From NCBI GenBank assembly GCA_018669475.1, contig JABHCC010000032.1:6058-70057 (forward strand): a stretch of DNA of 64,000 nucleotides, in the 5' to 3' direction. Shown here piece after piece: positions 1 to 10,010 of the stretch; the first letter of the stretch is position 1; the number at the start of each line of letters is the position of its first letter. A program made the translations under genes and the position numbers. Source of the stretch: Bacteroidota bacterium (GTDB taxonomy: Bacteria; Bacteroidota; Bacteroidia; Bacteroidales; UBA12481). A model generated the notes under the pieces. It made no database searches, was not told where the DNA came from, and saw nothing but the letters and a program-made list of their open reading frames with translations.

Positions 1-1027
1 TTTCTGCTTTCATTCTCCGCTCATACTCCATCACGTCTCTGGCGGTTCCTGATGTTTCAAAAAACCCATCCTGACCTCCACTTGCGTGCCAATAGGAGCG
101 GTCGCGGTCATACATGCCAAGTTCTTTCTCTATTCTTGGGGATACTTCATTATGAAGATTATCCCAGAACTCCCGATTGATCTCAATCAACGAATAGTTA
201 ATATTGTCTTGTTTTTCAATAGTTATCAGACTCTCAGCAAAGTTTTTTGCCAGGGCGGGTGTCAGAAAAACAAACCAGATCCAGCAAAGAAGACTGATAA
301 TGATGCTGGTGGAAGACTGTTTTACCATGCTGGAAATAAAAGCTCCAGCAAGAATAAAGACCAACATATACAGTATGGAGAAGACAAAAAGAAAAACCAG
401 ATTGACCCATTGATCAGGAGCAAAGGAGGTGTGACCTGAAACAAGGATGATTATTATGCTCAGAAGATAGCAAAGCAACAAGATTGGCATAAGGGTAAGT
501 ATAATTCCAAGAATTTTTCCAGACATGAAGGCTGGACGGCTAATCCCTTTACTCAGAGATAATTTCATGGTTCCATCTTCCCGCTCACGCGTAAATACAT
601 CATAGGAAAAGATCAAGGCCAATAAGGAGATCAGGATTGAGATAATACCAATAAAGTCAATCGACATGAAAGAATTTAAAAAGGGGTTATCGCGTTGAGA
701 TGCTTTACCTTCAGGAAGGGCCGGGATATTTCCAAAATCTACTTTTACACGGGTTCCAACATTCCCATCAATCCCGTTGGAGAATAGGGAAAGGGGATTC
801 GGAGGTCTGATAATAACAGGCCTGAGTCCTGAATAGACCCTGGTTTGTTCAAGTTGATTTTTCGCCTCAACTGTTTTGATATGATACTCGTCAAGCCGTG
901 TGCCATAATCATCCAGATTGATTAGGATAGTAAAAGGTATAATCAAAAGACAGAGTACTGTTCCAACTATGAAACGGGCTGAGATTAAATTCAGTAAAAA
1001 ATCCTTTTTTGCGATATGCCAGATCAT
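1..1027 (-). CDS. ABC-2 type transporter permease; partial, the C-terminus runs off the window start
   Basis: Minus-strand translation from the ATG at about 1027 gives a long hydrophobic multi-TM protein (MIWHIAKKDFLLNL...). The plus-strand ORFs listed here (86..439, 204..413) are low-complexity antisense artefacts. It lies directly downstream of the ABC ATPase gene. Confidence 0.6.
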   Translation of the reverse strand, partial: MIWHIAKKDFLLNLISARFIVGTVLCLLIIPFTILINLDDYGTRLDEYHIKTVEAKNQLEQTRVYSGLRPVIIRPPNPLSLFSNGIDGNVGTRVKVDFGNIPALPEGKASQRDNPFLNSFMSIDFIGIISILISLLALIFSYDVFTREREDGTMKLSLSKGISRPAFMSGKILGIILTLMPILLLCYLLSIIIILVSGHTSFAPDQWVNLVFLFVFSILYMLVFILAGAFISSMVKQSSTSIIISLLCWIWFVFLTPALAKNFAESLITIEKQDNINYSLIEINREFWDNLHNEVSPRIEKELGMYDRDRSYWHASGGQDGFFETSGTARDVMEYERRMKAE

Positions 1028-1048
1028 AATGTTTTTGTTTTTCAAAGG

Positions 1049-1771
1049 TTATCCTGCGCTTACCATTTCTTGCATGTAATCCATGTAGATTTTCTCCAGG
1101 TCATCATCCAGGAATTCCTTCCGGTTTCTGACCATCACAAGGCGTCCCTCTTTCATAATACCAACCTTATCGGCAATTGACTTGGCCCTGAAAATATCGT
1201 GCGTGCACATGAGAATTGATTTTCCCTGTTCTTTTAATTGCTGCAGAATTTGCATCAACTCTGATGCAGCCTTTGGATCTAATCCACTTGTAGGTTCATC
1301 GAGCAGGATATTGGGTGCATCTTTAATCATCGCAATGGTCAGCCCAACCTTCTGGCGCATTCCTTTAGAAAATGTTTTTAGCTTCTTCTCAAAGGCAATT
1401 TCCTGAAGCCCCACTTCGCGCATATGCATGTAATAATCCTCTTTGGTAAGGTTAGTCTTGCCTCCAAGCCGGGCAAAGTAATCAATATTCTGCCTAGCTG
1501 TAAAATTGCCATATAGCATGACATTTTCGGATACATATGACACATGTTTTTTTGCTTCAAGCGGTTTTTTGCTTGCGTCAATGCCATTGATCAACACCTG
1601 TCCGTTGGAGGGTTGAATGAAATCCAGAAACAGATTGATAGTAGTGGTTTTACCGGCACCATTGGCTCCAAGTAAACAAAATATTTCACCTTCCTTGATC
1701 TCTATATTTAGAGCATCCAGGGCGAGGACACCATCTTCATAACGTTTTGATAAGTCGATTGCCTGTAACAT
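1049..1771 (-). CDS. ABC transporter ATP-binding protein
   Basis: Walker A GANGAGKTTT, ABC signature region and Walker B LLDEPTSGLD. 240 aa, no TM segments. Confidence 0.9.
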   Translation of the reverse strand: MLQAIDLSKRYEDGVLALDALNIEIKEGEIFCLLGANGAGKTTTINLFLDFIQPSNGQVLINGIDASKKPLEAKKHVSYVSENVMLYGNFTARQNIDYFARLGGKTNLTKEDYYMHMREVGLQEIAFEKKLKTFSKGMRQKVGLTIAMIKDAPNILLDEPTSGLDPKAASELMQILQQLKEQGKSILMCTHDIFRAKSIADKVGIMKEGRLVMVRNRKEFLDDDLEKIYMDYMQEMVSAG

Positions 1772-1814
1772 ATATATATTTATTTTAGTATGTTTTCATC
1801 ATGCTCATTGATGA

Positions 1815-3281
1815 TTATCTCTTTGAAATTCTAATACCGAAATACACGATTCCGATCACAATACCGACCAACAGAAGAATGAGGGCAAAGGTCCATCCGA
1901 TGGATTTTGAAGCATTAACCTGAATACGTATAGTCTTGTCTTCAGCACTTACTCTTCTGTTGTTCGCTACGGCTTCAGTTTTTATCTTGACCTCCTGAGC
2001 ACCAAGGTTGGCATCCTTGGGGGGAATGATGGATGTGAAGACTTCTACTTCCTCGCCCGGTTTCAGGGTAGAAATAATATCAGGATTAATCAACGATTTC
2101 CAGTTCAGAGGATTGTCGGTAGTGATCTTAATATTATCTATGGTTCTGGTTCCGTCATTCATGATCTTGATCTTCATGTTCACACTGTCACCCGCAGTGA
2201 TCTCATGGTAAAGAGAGGGTGCTTTCACAATAATCTTACCTACACCTCTCGGAATAAGCTCCAGACGGATTTTTCCCCCTTCCAGTGCTGCAATTGCAGC
2301 CTCATCAAGCTCATCCAAGTGGTTTTTATATTTAGCATATACATCTTTTGTTAGGATGATGGCGTAGAAGCTTATGGGTTGATCGATCACCACGGATTCA
2401 TCATCACGGTCGGGTAAAAAGGTTTTTAATGTTAATTTTCGAATATTCTCGCCCTGACTGAAGCGCATCTGACTGAGTCTGGCATTGGTCTCACCATCGA
2501 GGAAGTCATAGGTAATCTGACGTGGCAATCCCAACACGGTCATTTGATAAATATCATCCGAAGTGGAGAAACGTTCAAGAGTCAGGTCAAAGGAGGCTGT
2601 ACTTCCCAGATCAGTCTCCTGGGCAAACCTACTGGAAATGATATCTACAAGAGATGTACTCGCATCTTTCTCAAGATAGATGTTTTTATGGCCTTCCTTG
2701 CCTCCATAGTTCAGCCCAACCTGGATACTCTCAACATCTTTGAGAAGCAGAAAGTCAACAGTGCCACTTTTCCCAATATCTATAGACGGAATCCTAATTT
2801 CATAGGGAGAACCAATGATCGTTTGGTTTTCAATATTGATTAGTGACAAATAAATATTATAGATTTTTCCGGATCTCATTTCGGGAGTAAAAACATCAAA
2901 ATGTTGCTCAAACTGCTTCAAGTAATCCTGGTTGCCCTCCATGGTGCTGCGTACCGTCAATTTAACCCTTTTTTCTCCCGTCAGAGTACGGTACTTTATA
3001 GCTTTTTCAATGCTTATGTATGACTGTTGAGACATAAGTCTAAGGAGCAGCTTTTGGTAATCAACTTCTCTGGTCAGCAACTCATTCTTTGAATTGTTGA
3101 ATTCTGCTTGTGAGATGGCTTCATTTTCCAATAGCTTCTTATCATTCTCATGATATTGTCGCGCGATTTCAAAGGAAGCACGAGCCTTTTTTAGCTCGAG
3201 CAAAAGAGAGGCCTGATCTTCCTGAGCCAATAATGGCATGAAAAGCAGAATTGATATTAGTGTTAGTAGTGTCTTTTTCAT
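1815..3281 (-). CDS. Secreted, membrane-anchored coiled-coil protein, possibly an HlyD-like efflux adaptor (YbhG-like position)
   Basis: N-terminal signal peptide, a coiled-coil segment with an ISQAEFNNSKNEL motif typical of membrane fusion proteins, a beta-rich middle region and a C-terminal TM helix. It sits between the TolC-like and ABC genes. Confidence 0.4.
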   Translation of the reverse strand: MKKTLLTLISILLFMPLLAQEDQASLLLELKKARASFEIARQYHENDKKLLENEAISQAEFNNSKNELLTREVDYQKLLLRLMSQQSYISIEKAIKYRTLTGEKRVKLTVRSTMEGNQDYLKQFEQHFDVFTPEMRSGKIYNIYLSLINIENQTIIGSPYEIRIPSIDIGKSGTVDFLLLKDVESIQVGLNYGGKEGHKNIYLEKDASTSLVDIISSRFAQETDLGSTASFDLTLERFSTSDDIYQMTVLGLPRQITYDFLDGETNARLSQMRFSQGENIRKLTLKTFLPDRDDESVVIDQPISFYAIILTKDVYAKYKNHLDELDEAAIAALEGGKIRLELIPRGVGKIIVKAPSLYHEITAGDSVNMKIKIMNDGTRTIDNIKITTDNPLNWKSLINPDIISTLKPGEEVEVFTSIIPPKDANLGAQEVKIKTEAVANNRRVSAEDKTIRIQVNASKSIGWTFALILLLVGIVIGIVYFGIRISKR

Positions 3282-3298
3282 GAATCAATGGTTCTAAA

Positions 3299-4861
3299 TT
3301 AGTTGCTTCCAGTAGGACTCTTCTCTACCAGATAGCTTCGGCCATTTGCAAAGTCCCAGAGTGTTTTTCTTTTTAGGTCATTAACAGCAAGCTGATAATT
3401 GATATATGAATTTAGATAATCCAACTGCACAGATTCGAGGCGTTCTCTCTCCATCGATAGCTCTTGATTGGATATATCTCCATTTTCAAAGCGCATTTTG
3501 CTGATATTATAGCTTTTACGGGCAAGGTCCATGTTCTTTTTATGAATTAGGATCAACTCCTGGCTTTCTGCGACGGTTCGGATCACCTCTTTCACCTCAC
3601 GAACAATGGTGGTTTTAAGGTCTTCATGACTAAGCTCTCTCTCTTCAAGTCGGAGTTTAGCCTCTTGTGTCTTTTCCCTTCCCCTTCCCCAATCATAGAT
3701 GGGATAGGTGAGGGTAAGTGCGATACCTCTATTTGCTGGCCGATTTGTCAGATCGTTTAAGGATGATCCCATAAGATCAACGGTTGAACCCGAACCGTTA
3801 GTACTGATACCGGTTAGATCATAATAGGCAGAAAGGTACACCTTAAACTCTCTAACCCTCTTGGCACGGTCAAGCTCAATACTGCTCAGGTTAATATTCA
3901 TATTACTTTCATAAATTTCCGGACGGTTCAGCAGTGACTCCTCAATGGCTTTCTGTTCATCGATGGCAAACACATCGTATTTCATATCCGTAAAGATCTG
4001 GATGCTTTGTGTTGCCGACAATCCAATCAGCTGTTTGAATGCTTCTTCGATGTTTCTAGATTGATTCCGACTTTTAAGCAGGTTGGCCTGATCACTGGCT
4101 ACAGAAACTTCCGCACTAAACATATCAGCGTCGGCAATGCGACCACTTTCAGCTTTTAACTGGGCAACGCGGTATGATTCCCTGGAGTTTTCAAGCTTCT
4201 CTTTTGCAATGTTTACCTCACTGGCAGCTTTAACGAGCAAGTAAAATCCCTTTGAAACCTCATACACAATATCCATTTGGTTCCTGGTAAAATAGTGAAC
4301 AGCTTTTGTGTAAAGGAATTCAGCCTCCATAAGATTCTCTTTCAATTTATTCCGTGTGAAAAGAGGCTGGTTGAAGCTCAACCAGTAGCGACTGTAAAAT
4401 TGCCTTGTCTTAAGTTCATCTCCTCCAGAAGCCAAGATCGTGCTCAAGTCTTCCTGATACATATTGGCTGAAAGCGCAATGTCTCCTCCAGTTGGTAGAA
4501 CATAAGTCAATTTTGCAGAACCCCCAACCTGAAATGATCCATAGGAGTTGTATACAGGGAGTCCGTCTGCACGATCAATTTGATTAACATACTCACTCCA
4601 GAGAGGAGTGTTCAGGCTAATATCGAATCTTGGTTTAAAAGTGGCTTTATAATAACCATAGTAATGGTTCATTGCATCCCTTTGTTTAATATGAGACTGA
4701 ATGGAATAACTCTCATCCAACGCAATGTTGATGGCATCTTGATACCTGACCAGAAGTGTGTCCTGTGCGCTTATTGACTTTATCCCCAACTGGGACAGTA
4801 GAAGACCGATTATGATATAGATGTATTTTGAAATCATTATTCTTTCAAACTCAATTGTCAT
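3299..4861 (-). CDS. TolC-family outer membrane efflux protein
   Basis: Signal peptide, two coiled-coil/beta repeat halves and an OEP-like sequence character. It is the first gene of the efflux operon. The true start is probably the internal Met, MISKYIY. Confidence 0.7.
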   Translation of the reverse strand: MTIEFERIMISKYIYIIIGLLLSQLGIKSISAQDTLLVRYQDAINIALDESYSIQSHIKQRDAMNHYYGYYKATFKPRFDISLNTPLWSEYVNQIDRADGLPVYNSYGSFQVGGSAKLTYVLPTGGDIALSANMYQEDLSTILASGGDELKTRQFYSRYWLSFNQPLFTRNKLKENLMEAEFLYTKAVHYFTRNQMDIVYEVSKGFYLLVKAASEVNIAKEKLENSRESYRVAQLKAESGRIADADMFSAEVSVASDQANLLKSRNQSRNIEEAFKQLIGLSATQSIQIFTDMKYDVFAIDEQKAIEESLLNRPEIYESNMNINLSSIELDRAKRVREFKVYLSAYYDLTGISTNGSGSTVDLMGSSLNDLTNRPANRGIALTLTYPIYDWGRGREKTQEAKLRLEERELSHEDLKTTIVREVKEVIRTVAESQELILIHKKNMDLARKSYNISKMRFENGDISNQELSMERERLESVQLDYLNSYINYQLAVNDLKRKTLWDFANGRSYLVEKSPTGSN

Positions 4862-5037
4862 GCCATGGTTTGCAAATAGCTCAATGACTGACTAATAGGG
4901 CTTCTGAGGATGTGTTTTTTCGAATAACTATCAAATATATTGGGTAATCGAGGAATCGAATTGGGTAAATGATTACACATTATTTTGCTTACTGGAAGAC
5001 AATCGCTTACCTTTGTAGTTGATTGTTCTGAACAACA

Positions 5038-6291
5038 ATGAGAAAAAAAAACAATTTAAAACATCAATCTGATTACAGTCAGACTATTTCAGAACTGAAC
5101 AAGTCATTTTCATTGATTACTGATCTTGTGCAGTTAAGAAACAATTTTGTTACCCGGATCAAAGAAATTTCGAATATCGAGTCCTTAGAAGTTTTTCTTC
5201 TTGATCCCGATTATAATCGCTTTAAACCTATCGCCGAACAGGATCATTCTTCGCAGCCCAACAGGGATATATACTTTAACCCCAACGACAAATTGATATT
5301 CTGGCTTAAGGTGAATAAAGTTTTGTTGAATATCTTGGATGACCCTGCAATATTTAACTTTTTTACCGAAAGGGAAAAAGATGTATTGCTTAAACTTGAT
5401 GCTGAAATCGTGTATCCTTTCGTGCTTATGAACCAGTTGAAAGGGTTTGTATTATTGGGAAAGAAAGAATCGGGAGCATATTCCCAGAATGAATTGGAGA
5501 TATTGACAATCCTTTTTGAGCAGGCGAGTTTTGCTTTTGAGAATGCAATGTTATATATGCAACAAAGGGAGCGTTCCGGCAAAATGTACAGGGCAGATCG
5601 ATTGGCCACTTTGGGAGAACTGGCGGCGGGGGCTGCGCATGAAATAAGGAATCCTCTCACCTCTATTCGAAGCACTATCCAATATCTATCGAACAAGATT
5701 GAAGATCCTGAGGACAGAGAATTAGCTCTCGGTCTCATCTCTGAGGTTGACCGGATCAATGGTATCATTCAGGATATGTTGTCTTTTTCCAAACCTGAAG
5801 ACTTGAAGATTGAGGAAACGGATTTTAAGGATATAATCAATCAAATTATGAGATTGGTCGAAAGTTCTGCAAAGAGCAAGAAGGTTGAAATTGTGATGAA
5901 TTATTTGTCGGTGTATGAAACCATCAATATAGATAATAACTTGATGAAGCAGGCCCTGATCAATATCTTGATGAATGCTTTACAGGCAATTGATGCACAG
6001 GAAGGGCAGATTCAAATAGAAGTAAGAGATATTGCTTCAGAAAATCCTCAATCTGACGAGGATTCAATGTTTCTTCTCGAAATACGGGACAATGGAAAAG
6101 GGATTCCGAAGAACCTACTTGAGAAGATTTTCGATCCATTTTATACAACGAAACAGGAAGGAACCGGATTGGGTTTATCCATTACATACAGTATTATTCA
6201 CAGACATGGGGGAGAAATTAAATTTCAGAGTGAAATTGAAAAAGGGACACTTGTGAAAATCAAGCTTCCCCGAAAGGCAATAAAGCAGTAA
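5038..6291 (+). CDS. Cytoplasmic sensor histidine kinase (GAF-like sensor, HisKA and HATPase domains)
   Basis: H-box AAHEIRNPLTSI, and an N/G1/G2 ATPase region (DNGKGIP, GTGLGL). No TM segments. Confidence 0.85.
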   Translation: MRKKNNLKHQSDYSQTISELNKSFSLITDLVQLRNNFVTRIKEISNIESLEVFLLDPDYNRFKPIAEQDHSSQPNRDIYFNPNDKLIFWLKVNKVLLNILDDPAIFNFFTEREKDVLLKLDAEIVYPFVLMNQLKGFVLLGKKESGAYSQNELEILTILFEQASFAFENAMLYMQQRERSGKMYRADRLATLGELAAGAAHEIRNPLTSIRSTIQYLSNKIEDPEDRELALGLISEVDRINGIIQDMLSFSKPEDLKIEETDFKDIINQIMRLVESSAKSKKVEIVMNYLSVYETINIDNNLMKQALINILMNALQAIDAQEGQIQIEVRDIASENPQSDEDSMFLLEIRDNGKGIPKNLLEKIFDPFYTTKQEGTGLGLSITYSIIHRHGGEIKFQSEIEKGTLVKIKLPRKAIKQ

Positions 6292-6294
6292 ACA

Positions 6295-7668
6295 ATGGAG
6301 CAGAAGATTCTAATAGTTGATGATGAGGCAAGGATCAGGAAAATATTCGCCAAAATCCTTGAGGATGAAGGGTATGTTGTATCTACTGTAGATAATGCTG
6401 AAAGGGCCATAGCTCAGCTAGACAAAATCAAGCCTTTTATCATTCTGATGGATCAGAATATGCCGGGGATGAATGGCATTGAAGCTATGAAACATATCCA
6501 TGTCAAATATCCGGATATAGCAATCATCATTATTACTGCATACGGAGAAATCAGTCTGGCGGTAAAAGCTGTGAAGGAAGGAGCTTACGACTATATAGAA
6601 AAGCCCGTTGACAATGATAAGCTGGTATTATTGATCAACCGGGCCAAAGAACATTTCAGGGTAAGGCATGAACTCAAAACCCTTAAGCAGAAGATTTCGG
6701 ATAAAAACTACTTGAGCCGAATTGTAGCTGAGTCGGAGAAAATGAATCAGGTCATTGAACAGGTTAAGTCTGTAGGCGACACCTATGCTACAGTATTGAT
6801 TCAAGGTGAAAGTGGCACCGGGAAAGATCTGATTGCGAATGCCATTCACCATTATGGGGAGAGGCAGGGCAAACCATTTATTTCCGTTAATTGCGGAGCG
6901 ATTCCAATCACTCTGATAGAGAGCGAACTGTTTGGTCATACAAAAGGAGCCTTTACTGATGCCCGGGAAGCGAAGCAGGGTAAGTTTGTTCAGGCCCACA
7001 ATGGCTCACTATTTTTAGATGAAATTGCCGAGTTGCCCCTGGATGCCCAGGTGAAGCTATTGAGGGTACTTGAAGAAAAAAAGATATTTCCATTGGGGGG
7101 AGGAAGAGCCATCCCAATAGATGTCAGGATTATTGCCGCCACCAATAATAACCTTGAGAATAAAGTGCAAAAGGGGGAGTTTCGATTAGATCTTTTGTAC
7201 AGGCTCAATATTTTTACTATTAACATTCCTCCCCTTAGGGAAAGAAGAGAGGATATTCCAATTCTGGTTGATGTCTTTTTAAATCAATATAATGAACAGT
7301 TTGGCTTAGCGGTAAATAACATTTCCAAAGAAGCCCTTGAAAACATTCTGGGATATAGCTGGCCAGGTAATATCCGGGACCTTCAAAATGCTTTACAAAG
7401 CGCCATGATCCTTTCTAAAAAGGGGACTATCACCATGGAGCATCTTCCGCTTAGAATAAAAGGGTACGATCAGTCAATAAGGCCAGAACTGAGCCTGGTG
7501 GAAGGTTTGGAGAGGAATATGAAGCAGGTGAGCACAAAGGCTGAAAAAGAGATTATCCTTGAAGCATTAAAGGAGTGCCGTTTTAATCGTACCAGGACTG
7601 CTGATTTTCTAAAGATTAGCCGCAAGACCCTGTTCAACAAGATGAAACAATACAATATTGATCTCTAA
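6295..7668 (+). CDS. Sigma-54-dependent response regulator (NtrC family)
   Basis: Receiver domain ILIVDDE...D, AAA+ domain with GESGTGKD and GAFTDA (GAFTGA variant), ESELFGH motif and a C-terminal Fis-type HTH. It starts 4 bp after the kinase gene. Confidence 0.9.
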   Translation: MEQKILIVDDEARIRKIFAKILEDEGYVVSTVDNAERAIAQLDKIKPFIILMDQNMPGMNGIEAMKHIHVKYPDIAIIIITAYGEISLAVKAVKEGAYDYIEKPVDNDKLVLLINRAKEHFRVRHELKTLKQKISDKNYLSRIVAESEKMNQVIEQVKSVGDTYATVLIQGESGTGKDLIANAIHHYGERQGKPFISVNCGAIPITLIESELFGHTKGAFTDAREAKQGKFVQAHNGSLFLDEIAELPLDAQVKLLRVLEEKKIFPLGGGRAIPIDVRIIAATNNNLENKVQKGEFRLDLLYRLNIFTINIPPLRERREDIPILVDVFLNQYNEQFGLAVNNISKEALENILGYSWPGNIRDLQNALQSAMILSKKGTITMEHLPLRIKGYDQSIRPELSLVEGLERNMKQVSTKAEKEIILEALKECRFNRTRTADFLKISRKTLFNKMKQYNIDL

Positions 7669-7942
7669 AAACGACGGGGTAAACATTGAAAAGCCAAAAA
7701 TGCACGAATCAACACAGCCCCGGAAATTGTTTAGGGTATCATACATAAAAAAGGTTTAACACTAATTTCGTTCCTAACTAGTCTATTAGGTGATTAACCA
7801 CTGATTTGCACTTTTGTCTCATTCCATATTGCTTTTTATATTCAAGCGTAATTATGAATGATTGAAAGTAATCCATGAAACTACCGTTAGTAGGAATTTG
7901 CAAGTGTTCATCACTTTCAGTTATACCATGATTCTTTATTAG

Positions 7943-8160
7943 AAATTCCTTCTTCGTAGGTTGAGGAAAAAATAATACATTTGCACTCCCACACCCACAC
8001 TTCTTAGCACACTCACACCCACACCTATTTCGGGATGTAGCTCAGCCAGACACTCACTTGTCAAACATCTCTCTTACTGTTACTTAGAACTGTATTCTTA
8101 AAACATTTCTGACTGTCCTAAAACATTTGCAAATATTTTACAAATTTAAATTAAGCACCT
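7943..8160 (+). repeat. Direct repeat copy 1: a tRNA-Pro promoter-like segment, the first about 19 nt of the tRNA-Pro gene and a ~110-nt downstream arm shared with copy 2
   Basis: aattccttcttcgtaggttgagg-aaaaaataatacatttgcactccc-(CA-rich)-cgggatgtagctcagccag. The core cgggatgtagctcagccag is identical to 13460-13478. Confidence 0.8.
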
Positions 8161-8220
8161 ATCTTTTTGATTAACGAGAATATATGCTAAAACATATAAA
8201 TCAATGTTTCAGCTTGTAGC

Positions 8221-8270
8221 TATATCTAATTGCATATAATTTAGTATATTTATCCATTATTATATCTAAA
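8221..8270 (+). promoter_or_regulatory. Two 20-bp direct repeats (tatatctaaNtNcatataat) immediately upstream of the hipB-like gene; candidate operator/promoter
   Basis: 8221-8240 and 8251-8270 differ at 2 positions. AT-rich with TAnnTTTG-like motifs. Confidence 0.35.
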
Positions 8271-8278
8271 TACATATA

Positions 8279-8488
8279 ATGAAGCAATTAGCAGAGTTTG
8301 TCAAAGAACGGAGAAAAGAAGTCAATCTAACTCAGGAAGAATTCGCTGAACGTGCAGGAGTTGCATTAACAGTAGTACGTAAAATCGAACAAGGTAAAAC
8401 GAATCTGAATATGGATAAGGTTAACTTAGTACTTCAAATGTTTGGGCATGAATTAGCTCCTGTTAACAGAAAAAAAATGAATGAATGA
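8279..8488 (+). CDS. XRE-family HTH DNA-binding protein (HipB-like)
   Basis: 69 aa. LTQEEFAERAGVALTVVRKIEQGK is a classic Cro/C1 HTH. It overlaps the next gene by 4 bp. Confidence 0.7.
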   Translation: MKQLAEFVKERRKEVNLTQEEFAERAGVALTVVRKIEQGKTNLNMDKVNLVLQMFGHELAPVNRKKMNE

Positions 8489-8820
8489 GACAGGGAAAGG
8501 TGTTTTATAAAGATCATTTGGCTGGTATCCTAACTGAAACGAATGAGGGTGAGTATGAATTTCAGTATGATCATCAGTACATAAAAAATCATCGAGATGA
8601 TTTCATCACGTTTACAATGCCGGTCACAGACAAACCATACACCGAGAAACGACTCTTTCCATTTTTTGAAGGATTGATCCCAGAAGGATGGTTGTTAGAT
8701 ATAGCTTCTGAAAACTGGAAAATCAATAAAAATGATCGCATGGGATTACTTCTGGCTTGTTGTCAGAATTGCATCGGTGCAGTAAGTGTGGAACCAATAC
8801 CGGAAGAAGATGGAACATAG
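8485..8820 (+). CDS. HipS-like protein (HipA N-terminal subdomain as a stand-alone ORF)
   Basis: 111 aa, resembling the HipA N-terminal/coupling domain. It overlaps the downstream kinase ORF by 8 bp (atggaacatag). Confidence 0.6.
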   Translation: MRQGKVFYKDHLAGILTETNEGEYEFQYDHQYIKNHRDDFITFTMPVTDKPYTEKRLFPFFEGLIPEGWLLDIASENWKINKNDRMGLLLACCQNCIGAVSVEPIPEEDGT

Positions 8821-9751
8821 ATGTTTATATTGTTACGAAACAGTTGAAAAAAAATTCGACTTTCACGAGAAGTGTTCAATGGAGTTTTTTGGAACACCAA
8901 CACCCCCTAAAATAAAGTATTCGCTTGATCAAATGGATGAGCTCGCGAAAAATGTAGTAGAGCGAAGTGTTTCTGTTCCAGGTGTTCAGCCAAAACTATC
9001 GATGTCCATAATCAAAGAAACAAAGGAAAATTCGGATACGCGATTGACTGTGGTTGGAGCGTTAGGTGGGCACTATATTTTTAAACCACCTTCTGACAAA
9101 TTTCTCGAAATGCCGGAGAATGAACATGTAACAATGCGAATAGCTGAATCTTTTGGAATTCGAGTTGTGCCATCATCCTTGATTCGATTATTATCTGGAG
9201 AACTGTCTTATATAACAAAACGAGTTGACCGGAATGAAACTGGAGCAAAGATACACATGATCGATATGTTTCAAATCACAGAAGCATTTGATAAGTATAA
9301 AAGCTCCATGGAGAAAGTTGGAAAAGCAATAGGCAGCCACTCTAGTAACACTTTGCTTGATAAAACCTTTTTCTTTGATTTAGCTGTGTTCTCATTTCTA
9401 ACCGGAAATAATGATATGCATCTAAAGAATCTCTCTATGATCGAAAATACCTCTGGTTGGGTGTTGTCTCCTGCTTATGATCTATTAAATGTTGCAATAG
9501 TGTTCCCAGAAGATACTGAAGAACTAGCATTGACATTAGTTGGAAAGAAAAAGAAGTTGAAGCGAGAACATTTTGAAAAATTGGGAGAAGGAATGGAATT
9601 GACTCCTAAACAGATCAAAGGGACCTTCAATCGAATGATAAAGAATAAATCAAGAGCATTCAAATTATTAGATCGATCGCTCCTGTCAAAGGATATGAAA
9701 ACTGCATACAAAGAAGTACTTGAAGGGAGGTATCGACAATTAGGACTATAA
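8811..9751 (+). CDS. HipT/HipA-like serine/threonine kinase toxin (HipA C-terminal domain)
   Basis: Catalytic-loop-like NNDMHLKNLSM and SPAYDLLN motifs of HipA_C. The start is taken at MEHRCLY, which overlaps the hipS-like stop. A Cys/His cluster lies at the N-terminus. Confidence 0.65.
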
Positions 9752-9803
9752 GAATAACGGCTTGCATAAAGGAGAATGCAAGTGACCTTCCCCCCTGATA
9801 ATT

Positions 9804-10010
9804 GGAAATTCTTCCTCGTAAGTTGTGAGAAAAAGTAATACATTTGCACTCCCCCACACTCACACTTCTTAACACACCCACACCCACACCCACACCTTCT
9901 CCGGGATGTAGCTCAGCCAGATGCTCATTCATTATACATCTCTCTTTCTGTCACTTACGACTATTCTCTTAAAACATTTGTAAAAATTTTACAAATTGAA
10001 ATAAAGCATG
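9804..10010 (+). repeat. Direct repeat copy 2, same architecture as copy 1 with a longer CACACCC-type tract
   Basis: ggaaattcttcctcgtaagttgtgag-aaaaagtaatacatttgcactccc-(cacacccacacccacacc)-ccgggatgtagctcagccag, plus a downstream arm about 80% identical to copy 1. Confidence 0.8.

Noticed and set aside
86-439. Plus-strand ORFs 86..439 and 204..413 (117 and 69 aa)
   Set aside because: They have low-complexity, Lys-rich translations and lie antisense to a coherent multi-TM ABC-2 permease reading frame on the minus strand (1..1027).
4862-5037. Sigma-54 (-24/-12) promoter between the efflux operon and the kinase gene
   Set aside because: Only a loose GG-N10-GC match (ccatGGtttgcaaataGC) with no TGGCAC/TTGCA consensus. 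Too weak to call.
8485-9751. hipA interrupted by a frameshift (pseudogene)
   Set aside because: The ORF boundary coincides with the natural HipS/HipT split, and there is an ATG...TAG 8-bp coupling overlap. This is more parsimoniously a three-gene hipBST module than a broken hipA.
9660-9932. ORF 9660..9932 (-), containing VGVGVGVL
   Set aside because: It is the translation of the CACACCC repeat tract inside direct-repeat copy 2, not a gene.
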